Positions 50,471 to 59,457 are shown, numbered from the stretch's first letter. The stretch is 64,000 bases of DNA from an uncultured Gammaproteobacteria bacterium (GCA_964445355.1 CAYUKQ010000002.1:1590-65589); one strand, 5' to 3'. Numbers and translations are program-made. The notes: generated by a model from the sequence alone, not told the origin.

Positions 50471-51346
50471 ATGATTAACACGCTTTCATTTTTACTCGTT
50501 ACCTACAACAACCCCAAAGATACACTTAAGTGTATTGAATCGATTCGTCAGCAGTCACAAAAAATCAGATCGATAAAAGTCGAGATATTTGTTTATGATA
50601 ATTCAATCGTTTTAACTAAGTATCCTCAAAATGTTACCGTCTTTAGTTCTGGAAAAAATATCGGATTTGCAGCCGCGTGTAATTATCTAGCCCAAAAAGC
50701 ATCAAAATATTCAGATATTTTCGTATTTATTAATAATGACACCAAGCTCATGCCAAACTTTATAAGTAATCTAATAAAACTTGTCCCTGAAATATTACAA
50801 AATACTGCAGTCTGTCCTCAAATCTTCAACCCGGATGGGTCGGTCTGGTTCTCTCAGGGTACTGTTAAAAAACTTATTACACGGCCCGAAACCAGTCAGA
50901 AAAAAATCACCTCACCCATCACAAGTCAGTTTTTGACTGGTTGTTGTATTATCATTTCCAAAAAAAACTGGATCGATTCTGGGGGTTTTGATGAAAAATA
51001 CTTCCTTTACTATGAAGATGTCGATTGGTCGCTGAGGGTAAGCAATATACTCAATCTTGTCGTCCATCCCAAGCTTGAGCTGATTCATTATCCGCACTCT
51101 TCTTCCGGTGGTCCAAATGGGGCCACTCAAAGCTATTTTCAGACAAGGAATAATCTTTATTTGGCCAAAAAACAAGGTCAGCTTGGTTTTAGCATTTTTT
51201 ACGTTGCATTACTTTCTGTTAAGCGAATCATTAATCTTTTGTTCCGGCCATACCCAGACAAAAAAAAGGTGATTAAGATGATATTGTTTGCTTGGAAAGA
51301 TTTTATTTTTTCTAATTATGAACAAGGAAGTTTTATTAAAAAATAA
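50471..51346 (+). CDS. GT2-family glycosyltransferase
   Basis: 'LSFLLVTYNNPKDTLKCIESI' GT2 N-terminus, with a C-terminal hydrophobic tail. Confidence 0.7.
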   Translation: MINTLSFLLVTYNNPKDTLKCIESIRQQSQKIRSIKVEIFVYDNSIVLTKYPQNVTVFSSGKNIGFAAACNYLAQKASKYSDIFVFINNDTKLMPNFISNLIKLVPEILQNTAVCPQIFNPDGSVWFSQGTVKKLITRPETSQKKITSPITSQFLTGCCIIISKKNWIDSGGFDEKYFLYYEDVDWSLRVSNILNLVVHPKLELIHYPHSSSGGPNGATQSYFQTRNNLYLAKKQGQLGFSIFYVALLSVKRIINLLFRPYPDKKKVIKMILFAWKDFIFSNYEQGSFIKK

Positions 51347-52517
51347 CATTGTTTTGCTTAATAATTTTTTCTTAATATTTAGTTTGAGCCTGCTCATTTT
51401 GGGTGAATTACCAAGACTGTCTGTTCCTGGGTTTGGAAGCTTCAGAATGATTGACCTGACAATCCTTGTGTCTGTAATTTCCAGCTTGATTATTTCTCCA
51501 AAGAATTTTTTTTCATCAATATTTGTTCGACTAATACTCTGCTTCAGCGCATTCAACACCCTACTTTTATTTTTTAATTATTTCCGCTTTGGCATCGAAG
51601 AATTAGTTGGTATTACGCACTTTCTTCGGTTAGTAATGTTTCTCTTGCTTTACCCAAGTATCGTTCTGTTTATTAATCGATATTCCAAGAAAAAATTATT
51701 AAATTTTTTAGTCGTGGTTTCTGCAATTACTGCCTCGATTGGTTTGGTTCAATTAGTTGTGGTTCCGGATATCGGATTTTTATCACAGTACGGATGGGAT
51801 CCGCACCGCAACCGGGTTGTGTCAACCTGGCTTGATCCCAACTTTTTATCTTCATTCTTAATTATCCCTCTAGCTATTGTGATCAGTTCATTAGATAAAA
51901 ACATCAGATCCAGCAGTAAAAAACTCGGACAGCTAGGTATGCTTGCAATAATTACCATAGCAGCATTATTAACCTTGTCCAGATCCGGACTAATGATATT
52001 TGGAGTATTTTTTGTTCTTATTGGCGTGAGGTATTATCAAAAATTAATGATTTTATTATTTATATCGTTAGCTGTCGTCATTATGCTTTACACTCCTGCC
52101 AGACAGAGAATTACTGGCATTATCAATCCTGACATTACTGCCAGTGCGAGACTAATCTCTTGGTCCGAGTCATTAACAATCGGTATCGAAAACACCCTTA
52201 AGCCTATTGGATATAATAATTACTCGATTTATAAAAATAATTCAATCTATATTGAACAAAAAAATTCATCATTCGGGGCAGATTCATCTATTCTATTAAT
52301 CTTTTCAACAACGGGAATTATTGGTACGATATTGTTTATTGCACCATTTTTTTACTCAATAATTAGATCCTTGAGATCAAAAAGGAAAGAGTATTGTATT
52401 TTATCTGCGAGCCTAGCTTCGTTGATAATTGGTTCCAATTTTAATAATTTATTGCTATATTCACTCATTATTCCTGCCTATTTGATAATTATGGCGGCAA
52501 TTAATGAAGAAAATTAA
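51318..52517 (+). CDS. O-antigen ligase/Wzy-like membrane protein
   Basis: Ten or more TM helices and a periplasmic loop with 'RLISWSESL...GYNNYS'. The start was chosen at ATG 51318. Confidence 0.5.
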   Translation: MNKEVLLKNNIVLLNNFFLIFSLSLLILGELPRLSVPGFGSFRMIDLTILVSVISSLIISPKNFFSSIFVRLILCFSAFNTLLLFFNYFRFGIEELVGITHFLRLVMFLLLYPSIVLFINRYSKKKLLNFLVVVSAITASIGLVQLVVVPDIGFLSQYGWDPHRNRVVSTWLDPNFLSSFLIIPLAIVISSLDKNIRSSSKKLGQLGMLAIITIAALLTLSRSGLMIFGVFFVLIGVRYYQKLMILLFISLAVVIMLYTPARQRITGIINPDITASARLISWSESLTIGIENTLKPIGYNNYSIYKNNSIYIEQKNSSFGADSSILLIFSTTGIIGTILFIAPFFYSIIRSLRSKRKEYCILSASLASLIIGSNFNNLLLYSLIIPAYLIIMAAINEEN

Positions 52518-53565
52518 TCACATTTTTTTTATCTGGCTACTGTCGCTGTACCTGGTCGGGATATTGGTTTATTTATTCTTCGAATTCAATCGCAACGGGG
52601 GAGTTTTTTTTGAGTTTGCCCAAGAGCCTTCACTAACCAAATACTTTTCCATATTCGCTCAATGGGACGGAGGCAATTATTTATCGATTAGCAAGTATGG
52701 GTATATTCACCAGTATTTTTTTGCCTACTTTCCTCTATATCCGGCCATTATTGGCTTATTTGGATTTGTAATTTCACCAATAATTGCAGGGATTACAACC
52801 AGTATTTTTTGTACAGTGTTTTTTATTCAATTCTGGATTCAATACTGCAAAAATATTTACCGTCTCGATCAGATCGACAATCTGATTTTGGCAATAATTC
52901 TTTTTCCCTCAAGCTTTATTCTTGTTTGTGTTTACCCCGAAAGTCTGTTTTTACTGTTAAGTGTTGTTTCTTCATATCTTTTTTTTGTTAAAAAACAATA
53001 TTTTCCTGCGGTAATTTTTGCTTCACTGGCATCAATTACAAGGGTGCATGGATTAATTTTCCTTTTCTTATTAAATTGCAACCTAATGCTTAAAAAAGAG
53101 CTTAATCGGGTTCAAAAAGTATTATTAGTTAGTATTTCCGTAATTCCATTTTCGATTTGGATGCAATCTCAATTCGTTTATACAGGAAACCCATTTAACT
53201 TTCTTTCCTCACAAACTCATTGGCAAAGATTTAATTTACCAAAATTAACCATTCAATTTGACTACATTGGAATTATTACTTTAATCAATAGCACTCTGAT
53301 CCTTGTTGTTTTTTTTCTGATAGCAAAGCATATCAGTAAGCTTAAAAAATTCGATCGATTGTATTTGATCCTATCGATTGCAATGCCAATTTTGACAGGG
53401 AGTTTAGATAGTGTGCCAAGATATTTACTTTCCAGCTATCCGATCTATCTAATTTTATTTTACTCAATGCAAAAGTCTAAATTACGGAACTTAATAATGG
53501 GTGGATTTATTTTGCTTCAATCGTTTTACTTAAGCTTATTTCTGGCAGGATACTGGACTTTCTAA
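52504..53565 (+). CDS. PIG-V/Gpi18-like GT-C membrane protein (paralog of 7222-8367)
   Basis: 'WDGGNYLSISKYGYIHQYFFAYFPLYPAII' matches the motif of the first paralog. The C-terminus 'PRYLLSSYPIYL' parallels 'PRYALMSFPVFI'. Confidence 0.5.
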   Translation: MKKINHIFFIWLLSLYLVGILVYLFFEFNRNGGVFFEFAQEPSLTKYFSIFAQWDGGNYLSISKYGYIHQYFFAYFPLYPAIIGLFGFVISPIIAGITTSIFCTVFFIQFWIQYCKNIYRLDQIDNLILAIILFPSSFILVCVYPESLFLLLSVVSSYLFFVKKQYFPAVIFASLASITRVHGLIFLFLLNCNLMLKKELNRVQKVLLVSISVIPFSIWMQSQFVYTGNPFNFLSSQTHWQRFNLPKLTIQFDYIGIITLINSTLILVVFFLIAKHISKLKKFDRLYLILSIAMPILTGSLDSVPRYLLSSYPIYLILFYSMQKSKLRNLIMGGFILLQSFYLSLFLAGYWTF

Positions 53566-53585
53566 AGACTGCTTGCACAGAAAAA

Positions 53586-54308
53586 TTATTTTCGATAATT
53601 AATCTTGAGCATTTTTTCTGTCTTATTGCCCGCTTGATCTTCTACAGATATTTTAATCTCGTTATCACCATCTTTGAGAGGATAATTATAAGTAAACTCG
53701 CCATTGTCATCCACTGACGTCCGCAGATTATTGAGCTTGACACTGGTAATTTCATCGGTCTTACCCTTAATTTCAGTTTTTGCTTCACCACCGGTAATTT
53801 GTTTTTCTGGTGAATCCGGCGAAATTATCTCAAGCTTGGGTGGTTTTGTATCAAGTAGGACCGTGATCGATTTTTCGTTTGATTTGTTGTTTGCGCCATC
53901 TTTTGCATATCCGACAATACTATTCTTGCCTTCCAATATCCTAAAATCACTAAACTCAAAACTGCCGTCAGAATCGGTCAATTTCTCGGTTTCTTTGCCA
54001 TTGAGCGTCAATATTACTGTACTTCCAGGCTCGGCATTTCCGGTGACATCCAATAGGGCTGAATTAGTTGCCCCGCCAATATAATCGAACGATGGGGAAC
54101 TTGGTGCGATAATATCGGTTTTGTTTGAAGCAGTGTCGATTGAGTTGCTGTTTCCGTTTATCAAACTGGCCAATTTGGCCAAAATTGGAACACCAAACAT
54201 TACCAGTACCACCAAAATAATCACTGATGCGGTAATTGTAAGAAAGAACTTACGATAAATCGCCCTTTCCTGGGCGTTTGATACCCTTCTGGTTTTATAG
54301 CGTTTCAT
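53586..54308 (-). CDS. Type II membrane protein with two bacterial Ig-like domains
   Basis: Basic N-terminus and one TM helix. Two repeats with 'GxxNxxS...DGxFxF...' Big-domain character. Confidence 0.5.
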   Translation of the reverse strand: MKRYKTRRVSNAQERAIYRKFFLTITASVIILVVLVMFGVPILAKLASLINGNSNSIDTASNKTDIIAPSSPSFDYIGGATNSALLDVTGNAEPGSTVILTLNGKETEKLTDSDGSFEFSDFRILEGKNSIVGYAKDGANNKSNEKSITVLLDTKPPKLEIISPDSPEKQITGGEAKTEIKGKTDEITSVKLNNLRTSVDDNGEFTYNYPLKDGDNEIKISVEDQAGNKTEKMLKINYRK

Positions 54309-54374
54309 CTATCAAAAATTATACCTTATTTTTTGCTATAAGCTCTTTATGTATCCTTCAAACTATTCATGGTT

Positions 54375-54446
54375 AGATAATCTGAGCCGAAGGTGGGAAT
54401 CGAACCCACGACCTACTGTTTACGAAACAGCCGCTCTACCACTGAG
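54375..54446 (-). tRNA. tRNA-Thr (anticodon CGU)
   Basis: The reverse complement folds as a cloverleaf: acceptor GCCGAAG/CTTCGGC, D-arm GCTC-AGTGGTA-GAGC, anticodon arm GCTGT-TTCGTAA-ACAGT, T-arm GTGGG-TTCGATT-CCCAC. CCA is not encoded. Confidence 0.8.
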
Positions 54447-54546
54447 CCACTTCGGCACTCCAATTTTAAATTCTGGCCTCAATATAAGGCAGAACCACCC
54501 CTTAGCTAGCTACCGCCAAATAATCCTCTCAGGGGCTAGATTATAA

Positions 54547-55272
54547 CTATTTAATGCCTTCCACCCAAGTACCTTTGTAGTTCGATATTTTTGCCAAATC
54601 GCCAGCTCTGATTTCATATTTTGGTAACAGTCCTATTTTAAGGTCATAATCTGGGTCAATAATATAGAATCGATCCAAATCGGCATCATAATCGCTGACT
54701 ACGATCAGATGACTTGCTTGCCGGGCAATTAATTCTGTTTTTGTTAATAATTGTCTCCTAGGAGCTACGGATAGTATCAAAATTTCACCCCTCTTAAGTC
54801 TGTTTTTGATATCGCTAATTTGTACATTTTCAAAAAAACCCGCTTTCAGTCCAAATTGGGAGAATAAATATTGCGAAATTCGGTGGTCATATCCACGGAT
54901 CAGGCTAAATGCCGGCTGGTATTTACTATCAGACTCGAACTCGCGTTGATTTTTTGCGAAATGGATTTCTTCCACAGTTCCGACTGTAATCCAGCGAGGT
55001 TCACCATCAAGAATGAACTTTTGTTTAACACTTGGTGATCCGTTTTTATGTAACAAATTGATTATATTAATCAGCCATTCGATATTCTGAATCTTTTTAT
55101 TAGTCGGATATTTACCAAAGTAATTAAGAATCATAGCAATACACGCAGGGCCGCAAACCACACGCCCTAAAACGCTTCTGTTTTGTAGGTCAACACTCAG
55201 GTCTTGTGAAATTGGGAAGAATTTTAGTGATTTTAATTCCAAAAGCCTGGGCCTGTCTGTTGTTTTGTTCAT
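54547..55272 (-). CDS. Peptidase C39-like (papain-fold) domain protein, standalone
   Basis: 'RVVCGPACIAMILNYFG' is a C39_2-type Cys motif and 'HLIVVSDYD...FYIIDP' a His motif. No TM segment and no fused ABC domain. Confidence 0.5.
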   Translation of the reverse strand: MNKTTDRPRLLELKSLKFFPISQDLSVDLQNRSVLGRVVCGPACIAMILNYFGKYPTNKKIQNIEWLINIINLLHKNGSPSVKQKFILDGEPRWITVGTVEEIHFAKNQREFESDSKYQPAFSLIRGYDHRISQYLFSQFGLKAGFFENVQISDIKNRLKRGEILILSVAPRRQLLTKTELIARQASHLIVVSDYDADLDRFYIIDPDYDLKIGLLPKYEIRAGDLAKISNYKGTWVEGIK

Positions 55273-55301
55273 CTAGTAATCGCTGTGTATATCCAAAAAA
55301 T

Positions 55302-55375
55302 TGGAGCGGGTAAGGGGAGTCGAACCCCTGTCTCAGCCTTGGGAAGGCCGCGTGCTACCGCTGTACCATACCCGC
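55302..55375 (-). tRNA. tRNA-Gly (anticodon CCC), CCA encoded
   Basis: Reverse complement GCGGGTA...CGGCC-TTCCCAA-GGCTG...AGGGG-TTCGACT-CCCCT-TACCCGC-T-CCA. Confidence 0.85.
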
Positions 55376-55380
55376 ATTGA

Positions 55381-55416
55381 TAAACAAAAAGCTAACTTAT
55401 TTAAGGTTAGCTTTTT
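55381..55416 (-). terminator. Bidirectional intrinsic terminator hairpin after the LysM gene
   Basis: The + strand reads aaaaa-AGCTAAC-ttatttaag-GTTAGCT-tttt. On the minus strand the stem is followed by TTTTTGTTT and ends 6 nt before the tRNA-Gly 5' end. Confidence 0.5.
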
Positions 55417-55460
55417 ACATTATCGTTTGAATTATTCTATCAAACTACCATCAACAAGCC

Positions 55461-56108
55461 TTACGGTAGCTTGATGGTGCTGCCACTATAAATAAGTGGG
55501 TTACCGAGTGAATTATTCTTGACGTTGTTTAGCTTTGCAATTTCGACCCATCGAGTCGGATCTCCATATTTGCTTTGAGCAATTTCCCAAAGCGTATCGC
55601 CTTCAACAACGGTATACTCTCCATTAACTGACTCCGGCTTAGCGACGACCTTATCTGTTGTCGATCTCATCGTGGCTGGTGTAAGAGTCGCTGCTGGTTT
55701 GCTTACCGTAGCGGTTGGTGTTGACGATTCAGGGATCTTGAGTGTCTGTCCAACTTCGACAGTTGTCGATTTAAGCTGATTTTCTTCGACCAGTAACGGC
55801 CAGAGATTAGCGTCGCCAAGTTCGCGTTTAGCAATTGACGACAGTGATTCTCCAGACTCGACCGTAACCACCTTGCCGGCTTGTTCCACATTGCTGACAT
55901 CTGTTTTGATGTCTGAAACAGTGTTTGTGCTTTTTACAAAATAATTAGCCACCAGAATTCCAATTGCGACCAAAATTATTGCGCCGAGAATAAACCCAGC
56001 ATAGTTTTCCTTCCAAACGAACCGATTCTGAACCTTTTCTGATTTTTTTGCCTCAGTCTTCAAACTGGACATCTTTGATCTATTAGTGGATTTTTTTGGC
56101 CTTGCCAT
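55461..56108 (-). CDS. Type II membrane protein with two LysM peptidoglycan-binding domains
   Basis: Lys-rich N-terminus and one TM helix. LysM signatures 'VVTVESGESLSSIA...GQTLKIP' and 'YTVVEGDTLWEIAQSKYGDP...GSTIKLP'. Confidence 0.75.
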   Translation of the reverse strand: MARPKKSTNRSKMSSLKTEAKKSEKVQNRFVWKENYAGFILGAIILVAIGILVANYFVKSTNTVSDIKTDVSNVEQAGKVVTVESGESLSSIAKRELGDANLWPLLVEENQLKSTTVEVGQTLKIPESSTPTATVSKPAATLTPATMRSTTDKVVAKPESVNGEYTVVEGDTLWEIAQSKYGDPTRWVEIAKLNNVKNNSLGNPLIYSGSTIKLP

Positions 56109-56201
56109 AAACTCCTATTGCTTCCTTTCTCAGCTCGTAACAATTGCGAGCTAATATTATTCTTTTAAGTTTTGGGCAGGAGGATTATTAAAATATTTGT
56201 G

Positions 56202-56276
56202 CGGACCCGAACGGATTCGAACCGTCGATCTCTTCCGTGACAGGGAAGCGTGTTAGGCCGGCTACACCACGGGTCC
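56202..56276 (-). tRNA. tRNA-Asp (anticodon GUC)
   Basis: Reverse complement GGACCCG-TG-GTGT...ACAC-G-CTTCC-CTGTCAC-GGAAG-AGATC-GACGG-TTCGAAT-CCGTC-CGGGTCC-G. Confidence 0.85.
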
Positions 56277-56371
56277 TTTCCGGAGTTAATAAACACGTAC
56301 CCGAGACTCACGTTGTCGAAGCTAAGTCCAAGCACTCTTACTAACCTAAAAAGTATAGCAACTTACTCCAA

Positions 56372-56417
56372 GTTGTCAATCCCGACCATTGACAACCCAT
56401 AATATATCAACTATAAC
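56372..56417 (+). promoter_or_regulatory. Perfect 8-bp inverted repeat operator (TTGTCAAT-N7-ATTGACAA) whose right arm forms the -35 of a TTGACA-16-TATAAC promoter
   Basis: Palindrome arms at 56372-56379 and 56387-56394. The -35 is at 56389-56394 and the -10 at 56411-56416. AAGGAG at 56445-56450 lies before the ATG at 56463. Confidence 0.45.
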
Positions 56418-56462
56418 GCTTCCCCAGGTACATTAACCATTTCCCAAGGAGTCACCAATAAC

Positions 56463-57023
56463 ATGGTTGCAATCAGTACCGAAGAGTTTTTTCGCAAACG
56501 GCAAGCTGAGTCCGTCAACCTCGTCCTGATGTTTGCCGATGTTCTGCATCAGTACTACGGCTTTATTCTACACCCCAAGATCGTCTGCCATGTGAGCTGT
56601 CACTGGAAGGATAGTTTCAGAATCAGCCTCGAACAGAGCGATGTCTCTGCAGGTGTCACACCACACCAGCTCGGACAGTTCAGTCTTGATTTCCCGTTCC
56701 AAAATGGTATCCGGGTTATGAGATGGCTTCGAGACTCGATTATTGGGCAGGGTCTGGGCATCGAGCTTCAGCGTCACAGTGCCGGAATCAAAAACTTCAG
56801 CTTTCTTTTAGCTGGCGATCCGCATAAGGTTGTCCAGGCAGTTCAGCTCATCAATATCGCCATGTTCGCGCTCGACCCGTGCGTTACGACCGATAAACGC
56901 TGTCCGCACTGCCCTCAGTCTTACGGCGACCCTTCATATCTCTACGATGATGGTGAGGTTCTGACTTGCGCCAGGTGCGATATGACCTTCGGTCGGCACC
57001 TTCTTGAGACGGAAACAGTCTAA
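56463..57023 (+). CDS. Hypothetical protein with C-terminal CxxC...CxxC zinc-ribbon; GC-rich relative to neighbors
   Basis: 186-aa ORF with its own promoter and operator, an AAGGAG Shine-Dalgarno, and a strong terminator immediately downstream. 'CPHCPQ...(17)...CARCD' zinc ribbon. Confidence 0.5.
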   Translation: MVAISTEEFFRKRQAESVNLVLMFADVLHQYYGFILHPKIVCHVSCHWKDSFRISLEQSDVSAGVTPHQLGQFSLDFPFQNGIRVMRWLRDSIIGQGLGIELQRHSAGIKNFSFLLAGDPHKVVQAVQLINIAMFALDPCVTTDKRCPHCPQSYGDPSYLYDDGEVLTCARCDMTFGRHLLETETV

Positions 57024-57047
57024 AAGCCTCCATTTGCCGTTCGCCAA

Positions 57048-57080
57048 GCCCAGACCATAACAAGTCTGGGCTTTTTCATT
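57048..57080 (+). terminator. Rho-independent terminator
   Basis: GCCCAGAC-cataacaa-GTCTGGGC followed by TTTTTCATTT. Confidence 0.7.
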
Positions 57081-57093
57081 TAAAATAGATTTG

Positions 57094-58839
57094 ATGAACG
57101 AGAATCGCCAAATTGCTCAGATTTTGCGTAACATTGCCTCAGTCTACGAAATTATAGGCAAGAGTTTTTTTGAGGTAGCGGCTTACAAAAGGGCGGCTGA
57201 TTCCGTCGAGCAGTCAACCAGTGATCTGAGGCAGCTCTGGAAAGCAGGCGAACTCGATACAGTTCCTGGATTAGGCAAAGCCCTAATCGGCTACATGAAT
57301 GAATACTTCGAAACAGGAAAAATTAAGCATTTCGAGTCAGTTTATAAAAAAGCCCCAAAAGGATTCTTTGAGCTGCTTACCGTACCAGGCATTGGCCCAA
57401 AAAAGGCTTACGAATTATGCACTAAGCTCAATATTAGCTCGATCGGCGATCTCGAGCGCGCAATTAAGTCGAACAGTATTTCAGCACTGCCTAGGTTTGG
57501 ACATAAGAGTCAGGAGCAAATAGCTAATAATCTCAGCAGAGTAGTCGCCAAATCACACAGAACACCTCTTTGGGTTGCCGATGCGGTGGTAAACGAAGTG
57601 ACTCAATGGATGCAGGCTGATCCAAAAATTCTCGATTTTGCCGCCCTTGGCAGTTTCAGAAGAAGGCTGAATAGTGTTGGTGATTTGGATTTTGCCGCCT
57701 CTAGTCACAACACTCAGGATGCGGTTGACAGATTTTTATCCTATCCGGCAATAGGTTCAATTGTTGAAAAAGGTCCAGCTTCGGCAACAATAACTCTTAA
57801 TGATACGGAATTTCAGCTGGATTTACTTGTGTCTGAACCGGATAGTTATGGAAGTCTTCTGCAGCATTTTACGGGTTCGCGGGAGCATAATATTGCTCTG
57901 CGCACCTTAGCGGTCAAAAAAAACCTGTCTCTATCTGAAAAAGGGATCAAATTAGCAAGTAATACGCTTAAAAAATTCGCAACAGAAAAAGAATTTTATA
58001 ATTTTCTTGGATTAGATTACATTCCGCCTGAATTGCGGGAAAATACTGGCGAAATCGAGCTTGCTCAGAAGCACAGTATCCCGCGACTGGTTAAAATAGA
58101 AGATATCAAGGGTGATTTTCACACCCACTCAAATTTTTTCACGACTTCTATGCACGACTTTGGTGCATCTTCAATCACGGATTTAGTATCGAAGGCCAAG
58201 GAGAAAAAATATCAATATTTAGGAATATCTGACCATCCTCCGTCAGAAAAAAGTTGGCAGGATCCTAAAATTATCAAACAAATAAAAAGCCATAGAACAA
58301 TAATTAATAGACTTAATGAACAAAAAAACTCTATAAGAGTAATTAATTTACTCGAAGTTGACATAGGTATCAATGGATCAATCAAGTTTCCTGATCAATA
58401 TGTTCAATATTATGACGCCTTCATTGCAGGAGTTCACTCTAATTTTTCACAGCCTCGAGAACAGATGACTCAGCGCATTCTGAATGGACTAACTTGTTCT
58501 AAAGTATTTGGGCTTTCTCATCCGACCGGTAGGCTAATAGACAAGCGTGAAGGATACGACGCTGATTGGGATCAGATCTTTGACTATTGCAGCAAAAATA
58601 ATAAGGTCTTAGAAATCAATGCTTCAGTCGATAGGCTTGATTTGACTGAAACCTTGGTCCGCCGTGCAAGTGCCAAAGGTTGTTTGTTTATGATTAATAC
58701 CGACACCCATGACCTGCCAAGTATGGATCTGATGAGTTACGGGGTGGACGTCGCCAGGCGAGGGGGATTGACTGCCGAGTCGATCATCAATACCTGGCCA
58801 AAAGATCGATTAATTAAATTCATCTTAAGGACTATATAA
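57094..58839 (+). CDS. Family X DNA polymerase (Pol beta-like) with C-terminal PHP phosphoesterase domain
   Basis: HhH motifs 'LPGIGKK'-like ('VPGLGKALIGY', 'VPGIGPKKAYEL'), nucleotidyltransferase core 'GSFRRRLNSVGDLDF', and PHP 'GDFHTHSNF...'. Confidence 0.8.
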   Translation: MNENRQIAQILRNIASVYEIIGKSFFEVAAYKRAADSVEQSTSDLRQLWKAGELDTVPGLGKALIGYMNEYFETGKIKHFESVYKKAPKGFFELLTVPGIGPKKAYELCTKLNISSIGDLERAIKSNSISALPRFGHKSQEQIANNLSRVVAKSHRTPLWVADAVVNEVTQWMQADPKILDFAALGSFRRRLNSVGDLDFAASSHNTQDAVDRFLSYPAIGSIVEKGPASATITLNDTEFQLDLLVSEPDSYGSLLQHFTGSREHNIALRTLAVKKNLSLSEKGIKLASNTLKKFATEKEFYNFLGLDYIPPELRENTGEIELAQKHSIPRLVKIEDIKGDFHTHSNFFTTSMHDFGASSITDLVSKAKEKKYQYLGISDHPPSEKSWQDPKIIKQIKSHRTIINRLNEQKNSIRVINLLEVDIGINGSIKFPDQYVQYYDAFIAGVHSNFSQPREQMTQRILNGLTCSKVFGLSHPTGRLIDKREGYDADWDQIFDYCSKNNKVLEINASVDRLDLTETLVRRASAKGCLFMINTDTHDLPSMDLMSYGVDVARRGGLTAESIINTWPKDRLIKFILRTI

Positions 58840-58887
58840 AATTTTGTTCAAAATTATTTATAAAAGACAGTCTGTTATAATCAGGTT

Positions 58888-59457
58888 ATGAATATCTTTA
58901 GTTCCGTACTTACTCTTCCGTTAATTGTCGTTGGAGCGATATTTCTATTTTTGTTGTTTTTGTACAACAGTCTGGTTAGACTGAGGATTAGAGTTAAAGA
59001 AGCGTGGTCTGGAATCGATGTTCAGCTCAAAAGACGTGCTGATCTTATTCCTAACCTAGTCGAAACAGTCAAAGGATACGCTAAACACGAAAAGTCAGTT
59101 TTTGAAAATGTCACCAAGGCCCGCGCTGCAATGTTGGCAGCCGAAGGCCCACAAGCCAAGGCTCAAGCAGAAAATATGCTGAGCAACACACTTAAATCTC
59201 TGTTTGCTGTTGCAGAAGCTTATCCAAAACTTCAAGCATCTGAGAATTTCAAACAACTCCAGGATGAGCTATCGGACACCGAATCCAAAATTGCATATGC
59301 AAGGCAGTTCTATAATGCTAACGTTCGTGACTACAACACCAAAATCGCTACTTTCCCAAACGTACTTTTAGCAGGGATGTTTGGTTTCAAGGAAGAAGAA
59401 TTTTTTGAGGCTATTGGTGATGATCGTGAGCCGGTCAAAGTAGATTTTGAGAAATAA
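58888..59457 (+). CDS. lemA: LemA-family protein
   Basis: One N-terminal TM helix and LemA signature '[20 protein letters not shown]...[20 protein letters not shown]'. Confidence 0.85.
   Translation: MNIFSSVLTLPLIVVGAIFLFLLFLYNSLVRLRIRVKEAWSGIDVQLKRRADLIPNLVETVKGYAKHEKSVFENVTKARAAMLAAEGPQAKAQAENMLSNTLKSLFAVAEAYPKLQASENFKQLQDELSDTESKIAYARQFYNANVRDYNTKIATFPNVLLAGMFGFKEEEFFEAIGDDREPVKVDFEK

Noticed and set aside
54349-54546. 65-aa + strand ORF in the track
   Set aside because: It completely overlaps tRNA-Thr on the opposite strand and has no ribosome-binding site. I take it as a chance ORF across a GC-rich tRNA sequence.
56568-56777. 69-aa minus-strand ORF inside the Zn-ribbon gene
   Set aside because: The + strand frame has a promoter, Shine-Dalgarno and terminator. 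The antisense ORF has none of these.
56202-57080. tRNA-Asp as an integration site for a mobile element carrying the Zn-ribbon cassette
   Set aside because: The cassette abuts the 5' side of the tRNA, not the 3' end. No integrase or attachment-site repeat is visible. I kept it as a composition-based island only.
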